A DNA stretch of 44,941 nucleotides from Hydrurus foetidus (Eukaryota). Made by a program: the position numbers and the translations under genes. Shown in pieces: positions 18,601 to 26,501 of this stretch. Each line of letters starts with the position of its first letter. The first letter of the stretch is position 1. The notes beneath the pieces were generated by a model. The model was given only the letters and a program-made list of their open reading frames with translations, was not told the DNA's origin and ran no database searches. The stretch lies in assembly GCA_900617105.1 (NCBI GenBank), contig UYFQ01000032.1:806001-850941 (forward strand), given 5' to 3'.

Positions 18601-19984
18601 CCCCGCTGATACCGGGCCTGCCAGGATGAGGAGGTTGAGGCACACCGGCCACAGGGGGCGCTGCAGTGGCCTCACCTGCGCGAATGTGCAAACCGGTGAC
18701 GCTACCTTTGGCGTCAAAGGTAGCGGGGGCGGTGCCCTCGCCTGTCCAGTGCGCGTCCAGCTTGGTCACCACGCCTTGTGGCGCATAGGCTTTCAAGGCC
18801 GCGCGGATATCAGCGCTCAAGGGCATCACATTCGCCATGTCGCTCAAAGCAGCCACATCAAGCTGATCGGCGTGCAGCTCCCCGCGTAGGGGCAATTTCG
18901 CTTTCGTTGTTGCATTGGTTTCAGCCTCATTCCACACCACGGCCACGTTGCCGCCGGGCCAGCGACGACCGTCTTGCGTCGCAAACTGCAATGCCTGGGT
19001 GGTGAATTCAAAGCCATGAGGCAAGCGCTTGCCGCTCAATCGGCCTGAGACGGTGCGCAAGGTGAGGGGTGCCAGCGTGGGGTCGAGGCTGACGCTCACC
19101 TCGGCCAAGGCCACGTCCGCAGTGGCACCGGTCAGTTGGCCTCGACGCATATCGACCCACAGCCGCAAGGCACCTTGGCCCTCGCTGACCACCAGCCCCA
19201 TGTCTGCCGGATTGACGTACTGGCGCAGGCGAGACACGTCGATGTGCTCGAAATGAGCAAACACCTGACCGTCCCAGTCTTGCCAGTTGCCCGTATTGCC
19301 TTTAAGCAGCGGCTGGCGAAAGCGGGCGTTGACGCTGAAACGGCTGCCCCACTCGGGTGGCACCGCAGCATCAAAGTGCAGCGCATGCCGACGTGCAGTG
19401 TTGCGCACCAGCAAGTTAACGCCACTTAAAGCGAGGGCTGGACTGCCTCGCTGCTCGTCAGTCCAGCGCAGCACGCCTTCGTGGACGACCAATTCTGTTT
19501 GCGCAAAAAACCATTTGCGGGCGCGGGCATCTTGGTTGTCAGCGCCCTTCAGCGGCAAACCAGCAATGAAAATCTGCCCGTCAGCGGCACGCCGGATGTC
19601 CAGCTCGGGTTTGTCAATGTAAAGCTGCTCAAACCCAAACCGCCAGAGGGAGCGGGGCGACAACGCGGCCACGACACGCGGCAAACGCAGTGCGACATGG
19701 CCCTGGGCGTCCAACAAGGCTACGTCGTTCAGCTCAAAAGAGGGAATCAAACCCACACTGCGGGCATGGACAGCGCCAATTTGTACTGGAACCCCCAACA
19801 ACAGCGTGGCCTGCTGCTCCAACTGGGGACGAAGTTCGGCAATACGCGGCACAATGAAGCCGTGTAGCAAGCCCCAAGAGGCGAGAACCAACAACCCAGC
19901 CGCTAAAAGCAGCCGCCAGAGCCAATGGGCCGCGAGCGCAGTGGCTTTGAGCAATTTTGTGGGGGACGGAGGCAATTCATTCAT
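15674..19984 (-). CDS. yhdP: YhdP/AsmA-like intermembrane phospholipid transport protein
   Basis: About 1436 aa with one N-terminal TM and a beta-rich body; C-terminal LLGVLSLQSLPRRLALDFRDVF.EGFAFD and GAWTDP. Start at ATG 19984. Confidence 0.9.
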   Translation of the reverse strand: MNELPPSPTKLLKATALAAHWLWRLLLAAGLLVLASWGLLHGFIVPRIAELRPQLEQQATLLLGVPVQIGAVHARSVGLIPSFELNDVALLDAQGHVALRLPRVVAALSPRSLWRFGFEQLYIDKPELDIRRAADGQIFIAGLPLKGADNQDARARKWFFAQTELVVHEGVLRWTDEQRGSPALALSGVNLLVRNTARRHALHFDAAVPPEWGSRFSVNARFRQPLLKGNTGNWQDWDGQVFAHFEHIDVSRLRQYVNPADMGLVVSEGQGALRLWVDMRRGQLTGATADVALAEVSVSLDPTLAPLTLRTVSGRLSGKRLPHGFEFTTQALQFATQDGRRWPGGNVAVVWNEAETNATTKAKLPLRGELHADQLDVAALSDMANVMPLSADIRAALKAYAPQGVVTKLDAHWTGEGTAPATFDAKGSVTGLHIRAGEATAAPPVAGVPQPPHPGRPGISGATVDFELTQAGGKAQLTVQSGTLVFPGIFDNPVVPVDTLSAEVLWQRSVAKEKGEKGDKGDKLAVQVNRLRFANADTEGEAQFNWRTNDLAKNTANARFPGVLDLQGTLSRGDAKQVHRYLPLVLPVVVRDYVKAAVQQGRVTGVKFRVKGDLHELPFRDPRQGEFRIAANLQDTQFAFVPHGMFAKDGKLAANWPALTQLSGELVFERTALQAHVSSGRLEGLPGLQINRTEVQVPDLAHPVVQVSGDGKGPLSEALRLVATTPVGGWASHVLDKTTATGAADYRLSLSLPLTELEKTKVQGSITLTNSDVQLNPDTPIFNRARGVVSFNESGFALQGVQAGVLGGEIRLEGGTPRSAGGIPGATGSTATANKANDPNPPTLLLRAQGTVSAEGLRQARDLGVISRMAQNASGTTSYNATLTVRHGVPEVTLQSTLQGLALNLPPLLNKPADALLPLRFENTLWPASLTAEAVSGGGANAGIGTGLHLQDQLLLELGAAGALGSAHYVRDLSTPQPRVLRGSLGVGLVNGESMPLPESGVAANLNLGEVDVDAWVAVSSRATGAISSVAAHADAESSKGTLAAASTEAAWQRYLPSVIALRAHELRLDGHKLKNVVLGGSREGLTWRANLEANELSGYVEYRESTANNAGRVYARLARLTVAPSTAVQVETILGEQPHSIPALDIVVDDMDLRGKKLGRVEIEAVNQRRDTTREVVRDWRLNKFNVILPEATFSASGNWAANTTPATSKASEPRRTVMNYKLDISDAGTLLGRFGMKDVVRQGQGKLEGQVSWSGSPLTLDYPSLGGQFNVNIETGQFLKADPGLAKLLGVLSLQSLPRRLALDFRDVFTEGFAFDFVRGDVKIDRGIATTNNLQMKGVNAAVLMEGYANIAKETQDLKVVVVPEINVGTASLVASVINPVIGLTTFLSQVVLRRPLIEAATQEFHIDGAWTDPKIVKVDRKPRAADLPAEARP
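16855..16910 (-). repeat. Dispersed GCT-N10-YAGCW element, copy inside a yhdP linker
   Basis: Minus-strand core GCTATCAGTTCAGTAGCT (16892-16909) in a low-complexity insertion (GAISSVAAHADAES). Confidence 0.5.
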
Positions 19985-22823
19985 GAGCGAGACAGGAATT
20001 ATCACCGGCACGGACGTAACAAATTACCCGCGCTTTGTGCAGAGGCTGCGCCGCCGCTATACGGCTGAGCTGTGCGTGTTGCCCCCTGGGCAGGTGGGCC
20101 ATGCTCAGTTAGCGCAGACCTATGCTGCGCTGCATGGACAAGGCTTGGACACAGCCAGCGCCCTGCGGGTGGTGCGTCAACTGGTAATGGAACGCCTCAT
20201 CACGCACGATTGCGTGCCTGATGTGCAACAACGCTGGTCTTTGCAAGTTGTCACTCAGACCGTGACGGACTTGGCCGAATTCGCACTCGACATCGCCTTA
20301 CAGACAGCCAGCGCAGAGTTAGACGCGATGCACGGCGCACCAATGGCGTCTACTGAATCGTTGACGGCATCCCGAAAAGTGGGCGATGCCCACCTGCCCG
20401 CCCAACGCGCTGAACTGTGGGTGATCGGCATGGGCAAGCTGGGCGCACGCGAGCTCAATGTGTCCAGCGACATTGACCTGATCTACGTGTACGACCACGA
20501 CGGTGAAACCACAGGCATCACAGGTGCCGCATCGGGTGGCATCGAAGGACGTGGGCGCATCTCGAACCAAGAGTATTTCGCCAAAGCGGTGAAGCGCATC
20601 TATGCGCTGGTGGGCGAAACCACAGAGCATGGCTTTGTCTTCCGCGTGGACTTGGCTTTGCGGCCCAACGGAAACTCAGGCCCGGCGGCGGTGTCGCTGG
20701 GCGGGCTGGAAGAGTACTTTCAAGTTCAAGGCCGTGAGTGGGAACGCTTTGCGTGGCTCAAAAGCAGGGTGATTGCGCCCCGCGCCAGCGTGCTGAGCGG
20801 TGCAGCCCAAGCCATGCGTCCGGTGGTGCTGCCGTTTGTGTTCCGCCGTTACCTGGACTACAGCGTGTTTGACGCGCTGCGCATCTTGCACCAGCAAATC
20901 CGCGACCATTCGGCCCGCCGCAGTGCCGGGCGACCGGAGCGCGCCAATGACGTGAAGCTATCACGCGGCGGCATCCGGGAAATTGAATTCACCGTGCAAC
21001 TGCTGCAAGTGGTGCGCGGCGGGCAGTTCCCCGAACTTCGCACCCGCCCCACGCTAGACGCCCTGCAACGCTTGGACAAAGCAGGTTTGATGCTGCAAGA
21101 AACCGCCGAAGCCCTGGCCTGCGCCTACGTTTTCTTGCGCCAAGTCGAGCACCGCATCCAGTACCTGGACGACCAGCAAACCCATATTCTGCCCGTGCGG
21201 GATGACGATCTGGACTGGATCGCACTGACCCTGGGCTATGCTGAAACCCGTGTGTTTTTGAGCGATTTAGACCTGCACCGAGAGCGTGTCGCGCTGGAAT
21301 TCGACCAGCTGCTGGGCAACTCAACCGAGGCAAACTGCAAAGGCTGTGGCCCCATCATCGCTCCCAAAACCCACGGCCTGGACATTGATGCCCTGGCCCA
21401 CAACCTGCCCACCGCCTTTCGGGAACGGCTGCTGCTGTGGCGCGAGCACCCCCGCGTACTGGCGTTGCGTGACGATGCCCGCACCCGGTTGGCCCGCTTG
21501 CTGCAACGCACCGCACAATGGGTGAACGAAAACGACGAAGTGAGCGTGGAAGCCGCCGTGCGCATGCTGGACTGGCTGGAACCTCTGCTGCGCCGCGAAA
21601 GCTACCTCGCGCTGCTGCTGGAGCGCCCCCGCGTCCACGCCCGACTGCTGCGCTTGCTGGGTGCAGCCCGCTGGCCCGCCCGCTATCTGGTACAGCACCC
21701 CGGCGTGATTGATGAGCTGGCCAGCGATGCCATGCTGACCGAGCGCTTTGCCCCGGCCGATTTCGAACAAGAACTGGAAAACCGCCGCGCCGCATTGGCC
21801 TCCACTGGCGAAGACGACGACGAAGCCCTGCTCAACCTGCTGCGCCGCGCCCACCACGCCGAGGTGTTCCGCACCCTGGCGCGTGACGTGGAAGGCCGCA
21901 TCAGCGTCGAGCAAGTCGCCGATGACCTGAGCGCCCTGGCCGATGTGGTGGTGCGCGTAACTTCCCGCTGGTGCTGGACACGCCTGAAAAACAAGCACCG
22001 TGACGTGCCGCAGTTCGGCATCGTCGGCTACGGCAAGCTGGGCGGCAAAGAGCTGGGCTATGGCAGCGATCTGGACATCGTGTTTGTTTACGAAGACGAC
22101 GATGAGCGCGCCCCCGAGGTCTACGCCGCCTTTGTGCGCAAGCTCATCAACTGGCTGGGGGTCAAAACCAGCGAAGGCGATTTGTTTGAAATCGACACCG
22201 CCCTGCGCCCTAATGGCGGCTCGGGCCTGCTCATCACCACCTTCCAAGCCTACGCCAATTACCAACAGCAGCGCGGCTCAAACACCGCCTGGACATGGGA
22301 ACACCAAGCCATGACGCGCACCCGCTTTGTGCTGGGCGACGAGCCGCTGCGCCAGCGCTTTGAAGCGGTGCGCCTCGCTGTCATCACCTCGCCGCGTGAC
22401 GAGGCGGCTTTGAGGCAAGAAATCGTCACCATGCGCGACAAAGTACGTGCCGCCCACCCGGTGAAAGCCGACCGTTTTGATGTCAAACACAGCCCCGGCG
22501 GCATGGTGGACGCGGAGTTCGCCGTGCAGTACCTCGTCCTCGCCAAATCTGCCCAGCACACCGGCTTGACAGAAAACATCGGCAACATCGGCCTGCTGAT
22601 GCGCCTAGAGGATGTGGGCTTGCTGCCTGCGGGGGTGGGCCAAGCCAGTGCCACAGCCTACCGGGCTTTGCGCCAAATCCAGCACCGTGCGCGGCTCGAC
22701 GAGGTGTCCACCCAGTCCAGCTCACTCGCCGCCGAAGTGGCCCGACTGGCCGTCACACAGCTGTGGGAATGCGTGTTCCATCCCGTCGTAATTGAGGCTT
22801 ATCTTGCGAGAAACGGCGTTTAA
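19983..22823 (+). CDS. glnE: Bifunctional glutamine synthetase adenylyltransferase/adenylyl-removing enzyme
   Basis: Two nucleotidyltransferase motifs (GMGKLGARELNVSSDIDL and GYGKLGGKELGYGSDLD); FRVDLALRPNG; GREWER; GGIREIEF; GGMVDAEF. Start at ATG 19983; the ORF-track start at 19806 overlaps yhdP. Confidence 0.95.
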   Translation: MSETGIITGTDVTNYPRFVQRLRRRYTAELCVLPPGQVGHAQLAQTYAALHGQGLDTASALRVVRQLVMERLITHDCVPDVQQRWSLQVVTQTVTDLAEFALDIALQTASAELDAMHGAPMASTESLTASRKVGDAHLPAQRAELWVIGMGKLGARELNVSSDIDLIYVYDHDGETTGITGAASGGIEGRGRISNQEYFAKAVKRIYALVGETTEHGFVFRVDLALRPNGNSGPAAVSLGGLEEYFQVQGREWERFAWLKSRVIAPRASVLSGAAQAMRPVVLPFVFRRYLDYSVFDALRILHQQIRDHSARRSAGRPERANDVKLSRGGIREIEFTVQLLQVVRGGQFPELRTRPTLDALQRLDKAGLMLQETAEALACAYVFLRQVEHRIQYLDDQQTHILPVRDDDLDWIALTLGYAETRVFLSDLDLHRERVALEFDQLLGNSTEANCKGCGPIIAPKTHGLDIDALAHNLPTAFRERLLLWREHPRVLALRDDARTRLARLLQRTAQWVNENDEVSVEAAVRMLDWLEPLLRRESYLALLLERPRVHARLLRLLGAARWPARYLVQHPGVIDELASDAMLTERFAPADFEQELENRRAALASTGEDDDEALLNLLRRAHHAEVFRTLARDVEGRISVEQVADDLSALADVVVRVTSRWCWTRLKNKHRDVPQFGIVGYGKLGGKELGYGSDLDIVFVYEDDDERAPEVYAAFVRKLINWLGVKTSEGDLFEIDTALRPNGGSGLLITTFQAYANYQQQRGSNTAWTWEHQAMTRTRFVLGDEPLRQRFEAVRLAVITSPRDEAALRQEIVTMRDKVRAAHPVKADRFDVKHSPGGMVDAEFAVQYLVLAKSAQHTGLTENIGNIGLLMRLEDVGLLPAGVGQASATAYRALRQIQHRARLDEVSTQSSSLAAEVARLAVTQLWECVFHPVVIEAYLARNGV

Positions 22824-22998
22824 CTTCTTTGGAATGGACTTTGAAAGCACGGAATTTGAGGTATCAATCTACCCCACGATCACGGCCTGACTGTCATAAT
22901 GGCGAGCCTTTACACACCGTACATGCATCAGCTTACATTTTGAGGCTGTTGTTTTCGGCAATGAGCGGGTCTGTAAAGTTATTTTGTGGAGCATTTTT

Positions 22999-23241
22999 TT
23001 GGCAGATACCTTCGAGCGGCTGATGAAACTTATCAGCGGCCAATACCATTTGGACACGTCTTTGGTGACGCTAGAAACCGGCTTGGCGGATGCCGGTCTG
23101 GATTCGCTCGCCGTGGCCGAGCTGCTCTTCTCCATCGAAGAAGATTTTGGCGTTGATTTGGGCGATGTACCGCCCGATGCCGTGCCCGCCACAGTGGGCG
23201 AAATCGTCGCGCTGATTGACGGCAAATTGCGCACTGCCTGA
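22999..23241 (+). CDS. Stand-alone acyl carrier protein (80 aa)
   Basis: GLDSLAVAELLFSIEEDFGV phosphopantetheine motif; TVGEIV; acidic. TTG start at 22999 after GGAG (alternative ATG 23023). Confidence 0.88.
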   Translation: MADTFERLMKLISGQYHLDTSLVTLETGLADAGLDSLAVAELLFSIEEDFGVDLGDVPPDAVPATVGEIVALIDGKLRTA

Positions 23242-23260
23242 GTACCCGGAGGTTTTGGCA

Positions 23261-24532
23261 GTGAACGACGACAACACTTCGGCGTGGATCACCGGCATCG
23301 GTGTCCTTGGCCCCCAAGGCACCGGCTGGGATCAGCTTTGTGCTGCACTGCAAAGCCCACAGACAAATTTTTCCACGGTTCCCGCGTCTTGGCTCACCAC
23401 CACAGGCGTGCCGGATGCCTACATCGCCCCACTGAATACCGCCGCTGAAGCAGATGCCAAGCGCTATGAAACCCTCAGCACTGACCGCGCGTGTGCGCTG
23501 GCGTTGTGCGTGGCTGAGCAAGCTTGGCAGCAGGCCGCGCAATCAACCACGCCCACCACCGCACCTCTGGCAGATGGCACCCGCTGCGGTGTCTACTGGG
23601 GCACCGGCATGGGCGGTCTGCACACCACCGAATCCGCCTACAACCGCCTGCTGGTCGAGCACAAACCGCTGCGCCCGATGACGGTGGTGCGCATCATGGC
23701 GAACTCCGCTGCGGCCCAGTTGGCGATGAAATACAAACTGCGCGGCCCCAACCACACCTACACCGTGGCCTGTGCATCCTCCGCAATGGCCTTGGGCGAA
23801 GCGCTGTTGGCGCTGCGCTTGGGCCGTATCGACCTCGCCTTGGTCGGTGGCAGCGAAGCCATGCTGGCCCCCGGTGTGATGGCAGCCTGGGGTGCGTTGC
23901 GCGTGCTCAGCACCCGCAAAACCGCTGCCTCCGCCGACATGGCTTGCCGCCCGTTTGCCGCCTCCCGCACAGGGTTGGTGATGGGTGAAGGTGCTGCGGC
24001 GTTCATTCTGGAAAGCCCACGCCACGCCAAAGCACGCGGTGCCAAGCCCCTGGCTGAACTGGTAGGCTACGGCAGCACCTGTGATGCCAGCTCACTGGTG
24101 CAGCCCCAGCTCGAAGGCCAAGTGCGGGCAATGCACCAAGCCATTGCAGACGCGGGCATCACACCTGACCAGATCGGCGGCATCAACGCCCACGCCACCG
24201 GCACCGACACCGGCGACACCGTGGAAGCTACGGCCATTGCCGCAACCTTCGCTAGCGTTGGCCGAGGCATCCCGCCCGTCAGCGCCACCAAATCCATGCA
24301 CGGCCACCTGCTGGGTGCCGCCGGGGCAATGGAAGCCGCTGTGTGCATCGCCAGCCTGCAACAGCAATTCATCCCAGCTACCTTGGGTGTCAGCCCCATC
24401 GACCCCAAATGCGCGATGCTGGACGTGGCCATCGACACGCCCCGCCCCGTCACCGGGCTGGACTACGTGATGTCCAACTCTTTCGCCTTTGGCGGCTCTA
24501 ACGTCAGCCTGGTTTTCAAGCGCAGCGCTTAA
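23261..24532 (+). CDS. Beta-ketoacyl-ACP synthase (FabF/FabB-like ketosynthase paralogue)
   Basis: Intact Cys-His-His triad (TVACASS, NAHATGT, GHLLGAAG); CRPF...RTGLVMGEGA; SNSFAFGGSN. GTG start 8 nt after GGAGG. Confidence 0.92.
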   Translation: MNDDNTSAWITGIGVLGPQGTGWDQLCAALQSPQTNFSTVPASWLTTTGVPDAYIAPLNTAAEADAKRYETLSTDRACALALCVAEQAWQQAAQSTTPTTAPLADGTRCGVYWGTGMGGLHTTESAYNRLLVEHKPLRPMTVVRIMANSAAAQLAMKYKLRGPNHTYTVACASSAMALGEALLALRLGRIDLALVGGSEAMLAPGVMAAWGALRVLSTRKTAASADMACRPFAASRTGLVMGEGAAAFILESPRHAKARGAKPLAELVGYGSTCDASSLVQPQLEGQVRAMHQAIADAGITPDQIGGINAHATGTDTGDTVEATAIAATFASVGRGIPPVSATKSMHGHLLGAAGAMEAAVCIASLQQQFIPATLGVSPIDPKCAMLDVAIDTPRPVTGLDYVMSNSFAFGGSNVSLVFKRSA

Positions 24533-24610
24533 ACTCGGACGGTCGATTTTTCGGATGGGCATCTTGCTCACCACAGCCACCCAGGGGCAGCCACACGCCC
24601 TCCAGACACC

Positions 24611-25717
24611 ATGATTATTTTGCTCACCGGAAGCACCGGTTTTGTCGGCGGTGCCGTTGCTGCTGATTTGGCCACCCGTGGCCTGCTTGGCAACACCTTG
24701 TTTCTTGTGCGCGCCGCCGATGCCGCTTTGGCCTTGCAGCGCGTACATGACAACCTGCTGCGCTTTGGCGTGCCAGCGGCACTGGCTGCCGCCGTTACGC
24801 CCGCCCACATCATCTGCGGCGACATGACCGCTGTGGGCAAGTTCGCGCACGATGAGCGCCTGCGCACCATCACCCACGTCATCCACTGCGCAGCGCTCGC
24901 CACGTTCTCAACCAACCCCAAAATCTGGGCCAACAACGTCGATGGCACCGTGGCGCTGGCGCAAGCCGTCCATACCCAGGCCAAGTTGCAACGCTGGCTG
25001 CAAGTCGGCACCGCCATGTGCTGCGGGCCAGGGATGACCTCGCCCGTCAACGAATCTTGGGAATCAGGCTTGAGTGACGAAGCACACCTCGTGCCCTACA
25101 CCCAGTCCAAACTGGCGGTGGAACACGCGCTGAAAGCCATTCCCGACTTCCCACTGGTGGTGGCCCGCGCCTCCATCGTGGTGGGCCACAGCCGCTTAGG
25201 TTGCGCCCCCTCGCCCAGCATCTTCTGGGTGTTCCGCATGGCGTTTGCACTGGAACGCTTCACCTGTGCAGCGGACGAATGCATCGACATCATCCCCGCC
25301 GACTGGTGCGCCAACGCCATCGTGAGCCTCGCCATGAAACCCAGCTTGGCGCATGACCTGTACCACGTCTCTGCGGGGCAAACCAGCAGCAACCGCTTTG
25401 GCGATATCGACATCGCCTACGCCAAAGCCAGCGGCACCGAACCCATCGCCTCGCGCTACCAACAAGTGGCTGTGGACGATTTGCGCAGCTTGGTGCCGCT
25501 GTTCCAAGAGCGCTTGGGCCGCGTCAACCGCCTGCTGATTTTGCGAGCACTGATGCTCTACGGCGCATTTGCCGAGTTGAACTACGTGTTTGACAACGAC
25601 CGCCTGCTGGGCGAAGGCATTGCCCCCTCGCCACCGCTGGCCGACTACCTCGCCGAATGCGTGCGCACCAGCGAGGGCATTCCGATGACCGAGCAGATGG
25701 CGCACGATTTCAAGTAA
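24611..25717 (+). CDS. Extended SDR, thioester-reductase / fatty-acyl-reductase-like
   Basis: ILLTGSTGFVG; FLVRA; VIHCAA; NVDGT; VGTA; YTQSK (YxxxK); RASIVVGHS; DIIPADW. This layout matches NRPS R domains and FAR N-terminal domains. Confidence 0.75.
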   Translation: MIILLTGSTGFVGGAVAADLATRGLLGNTLFLVRAADAALALQRVHDNLLRFGVPAALAAAVTPAHIICGDMTAVGKFAHDERLRTITHVIHCAALATFSTNPKIWANNVDGTVALAQAVHTQAKLQRWLQVGTAMCCGPGMTSPVNESWESGLSDEAHLVPYTQSKLAVEHALKAIPDFPLVVARASIVVGHSRLGCAPSPSIFWVFRMAFALERFTCAADECIDIIPADWCANAIVSLAMKPSLAHDLYHVSAGQTSSNRFGDIDIAYAKASGTEPIASRYQQVAVDDLRSLVPLFQERLGRVNRLLILRALMLYGAFAELNYVFDNDRLLGEGIAPSPPLADYLAECVRTSEGIPMTEQMAHDFK

Positions 25718-25764
25718 GGATGCTGCGCAGCACCTCAATACCTGCTAACAGGAACGCGCGGATA

Positions 25765-25803
25765 GAATAGTTCCTTGACGGAATAGTATCTAAAGGGAAT
25801 AAT
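25765..25803 (+). promoter_or_regulatory. Putative TA promoter/operator: three GAATART boxes at 16-bp period around a TTGACG -35
   Basis: GAATAGT (25765), GAATAGT (25781), GAATAAT (25797). TTCC/GGAA inverted repeat flanks TTGAC (25775). Confidence 0.5.
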
Positions 25804-26173
25804 GTCTGGTAAATGGGTTGTGGAATACACCGACGAGCTTGGTGCATGGTGGGACAGCTTGAGCGAAAGCGAGCAAGAGTCCATCGATGCGTCAGTGCGC
25901 TTGCTTGAAGATCAAGGCCCCAATCTGGGCTTTCCGCATTGCTCAGGTATCAATGGCTCGAAGCATGCGCACATGCGCGAGCTTCGGGTGCAGCACGCGG
26001 GTCGGCCATACCGGATTCTTTATGCTTTTGACCCTCGCCGTGCCGCCATCATGCTGCTAGGCGGGGATAAGACAGGCGACAAACGCTGGTACGAGGTGCA
26101 AGTGCCAATGGCTGACATGCTGTATGACACCCACATTGAAACTTTGATCAAAGAAGGACTTATCAATGGCTAA
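25802..26173 (+). CDS. higB: Type II toxin, RelE/HigB (Gp49-like) family
   Basis: W.VEYTDE...WW..L; GP.LG.P; MRELRVQ..GRPYRILYAFDPRR.AI.LLGGDK. Toxin-first gene order. Confidence 0.88.
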   Translation: MSGKWVVEYTDELGAWWDSLSESEQESIDASVRLLEDQGPNLGFPHCSGINGSKHAHMRELRVQHAGRPYRILYAFDPRRAAIMLLGGDKTGDKRWYEVQVPMADMLYDTHIETLIKEGLING

Positions 26174-26477
26174 AAATTTCAACGAATTGCGTGCCAAGAT
26201 GTCGTCCGAGACACAGTCCCGCGCGGCTGCGCGTGCTGAGGCCATGCTGGTCGAGATGCAGCTTCAGGAGCTGCGCAAAACCCGTCAGATAACCCAGGTG
26301 GAAGTGGCCAAGGCCATGAACGTCGAACAGGCGGCTGTTTCCAAGCTAGAGCGCCGCGAAGACATGTACGTCAGTACGCTGCGCGAGTACGTCAAGGCGC
26401 TGGGTGGTGAATTAAAGCTGGTAGCATCATTCCCCGACGCCGACATTCAGGTGCATCCGTTTGAGCTGGCGCACTGA
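26166..26477 (+). CDS. higA: XRE-family HTH antitoxin (HigA-like)
   Basis: LQELRK...ITQVEVA..M.V.QAAVSKLERR.D...STLR.YV.ALGG.L. Overlaps the toxin stop by 8 bp. Confidence 0.88.
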   Translation: MAKNFNELRAKMSSETQSRAAARAEAMLVEMQLQELRKTRQITQVEVAKAMNVEQAAVSKLERREDMYVSTLREYVKALGGELKLVASFPDADIQVHPFELAH

Positions 26478-26501
26478 GAAGCGCAGAGGTAAGGGTTTCC
26501 C

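Noticed and set aside
19806..19982. Extended glnE N-terminus from the ORF track (start 19806)
   Set aside because: It lies antisense within the yhdP TM-coding region and does not resemble GlnE. ATG 19983 is more plausible.
22999..24532. Housekeeping acpP-fabF locus or aryl-polyene cluster
   Set aside because: No plsX/fabH/fabD/fabG upstream, the ACP is divergent from the AcpP LGADSLD pattern, and there are no dehydratase, KR, CLF or acyltransferase genes.
22824..26501. Integrative or mobile element carrying the trio and the TA module
   Set aside because: No integrase, transposase, tRNA target or flanking direct repeats were detected. Horizontal origin remains only a possibility.
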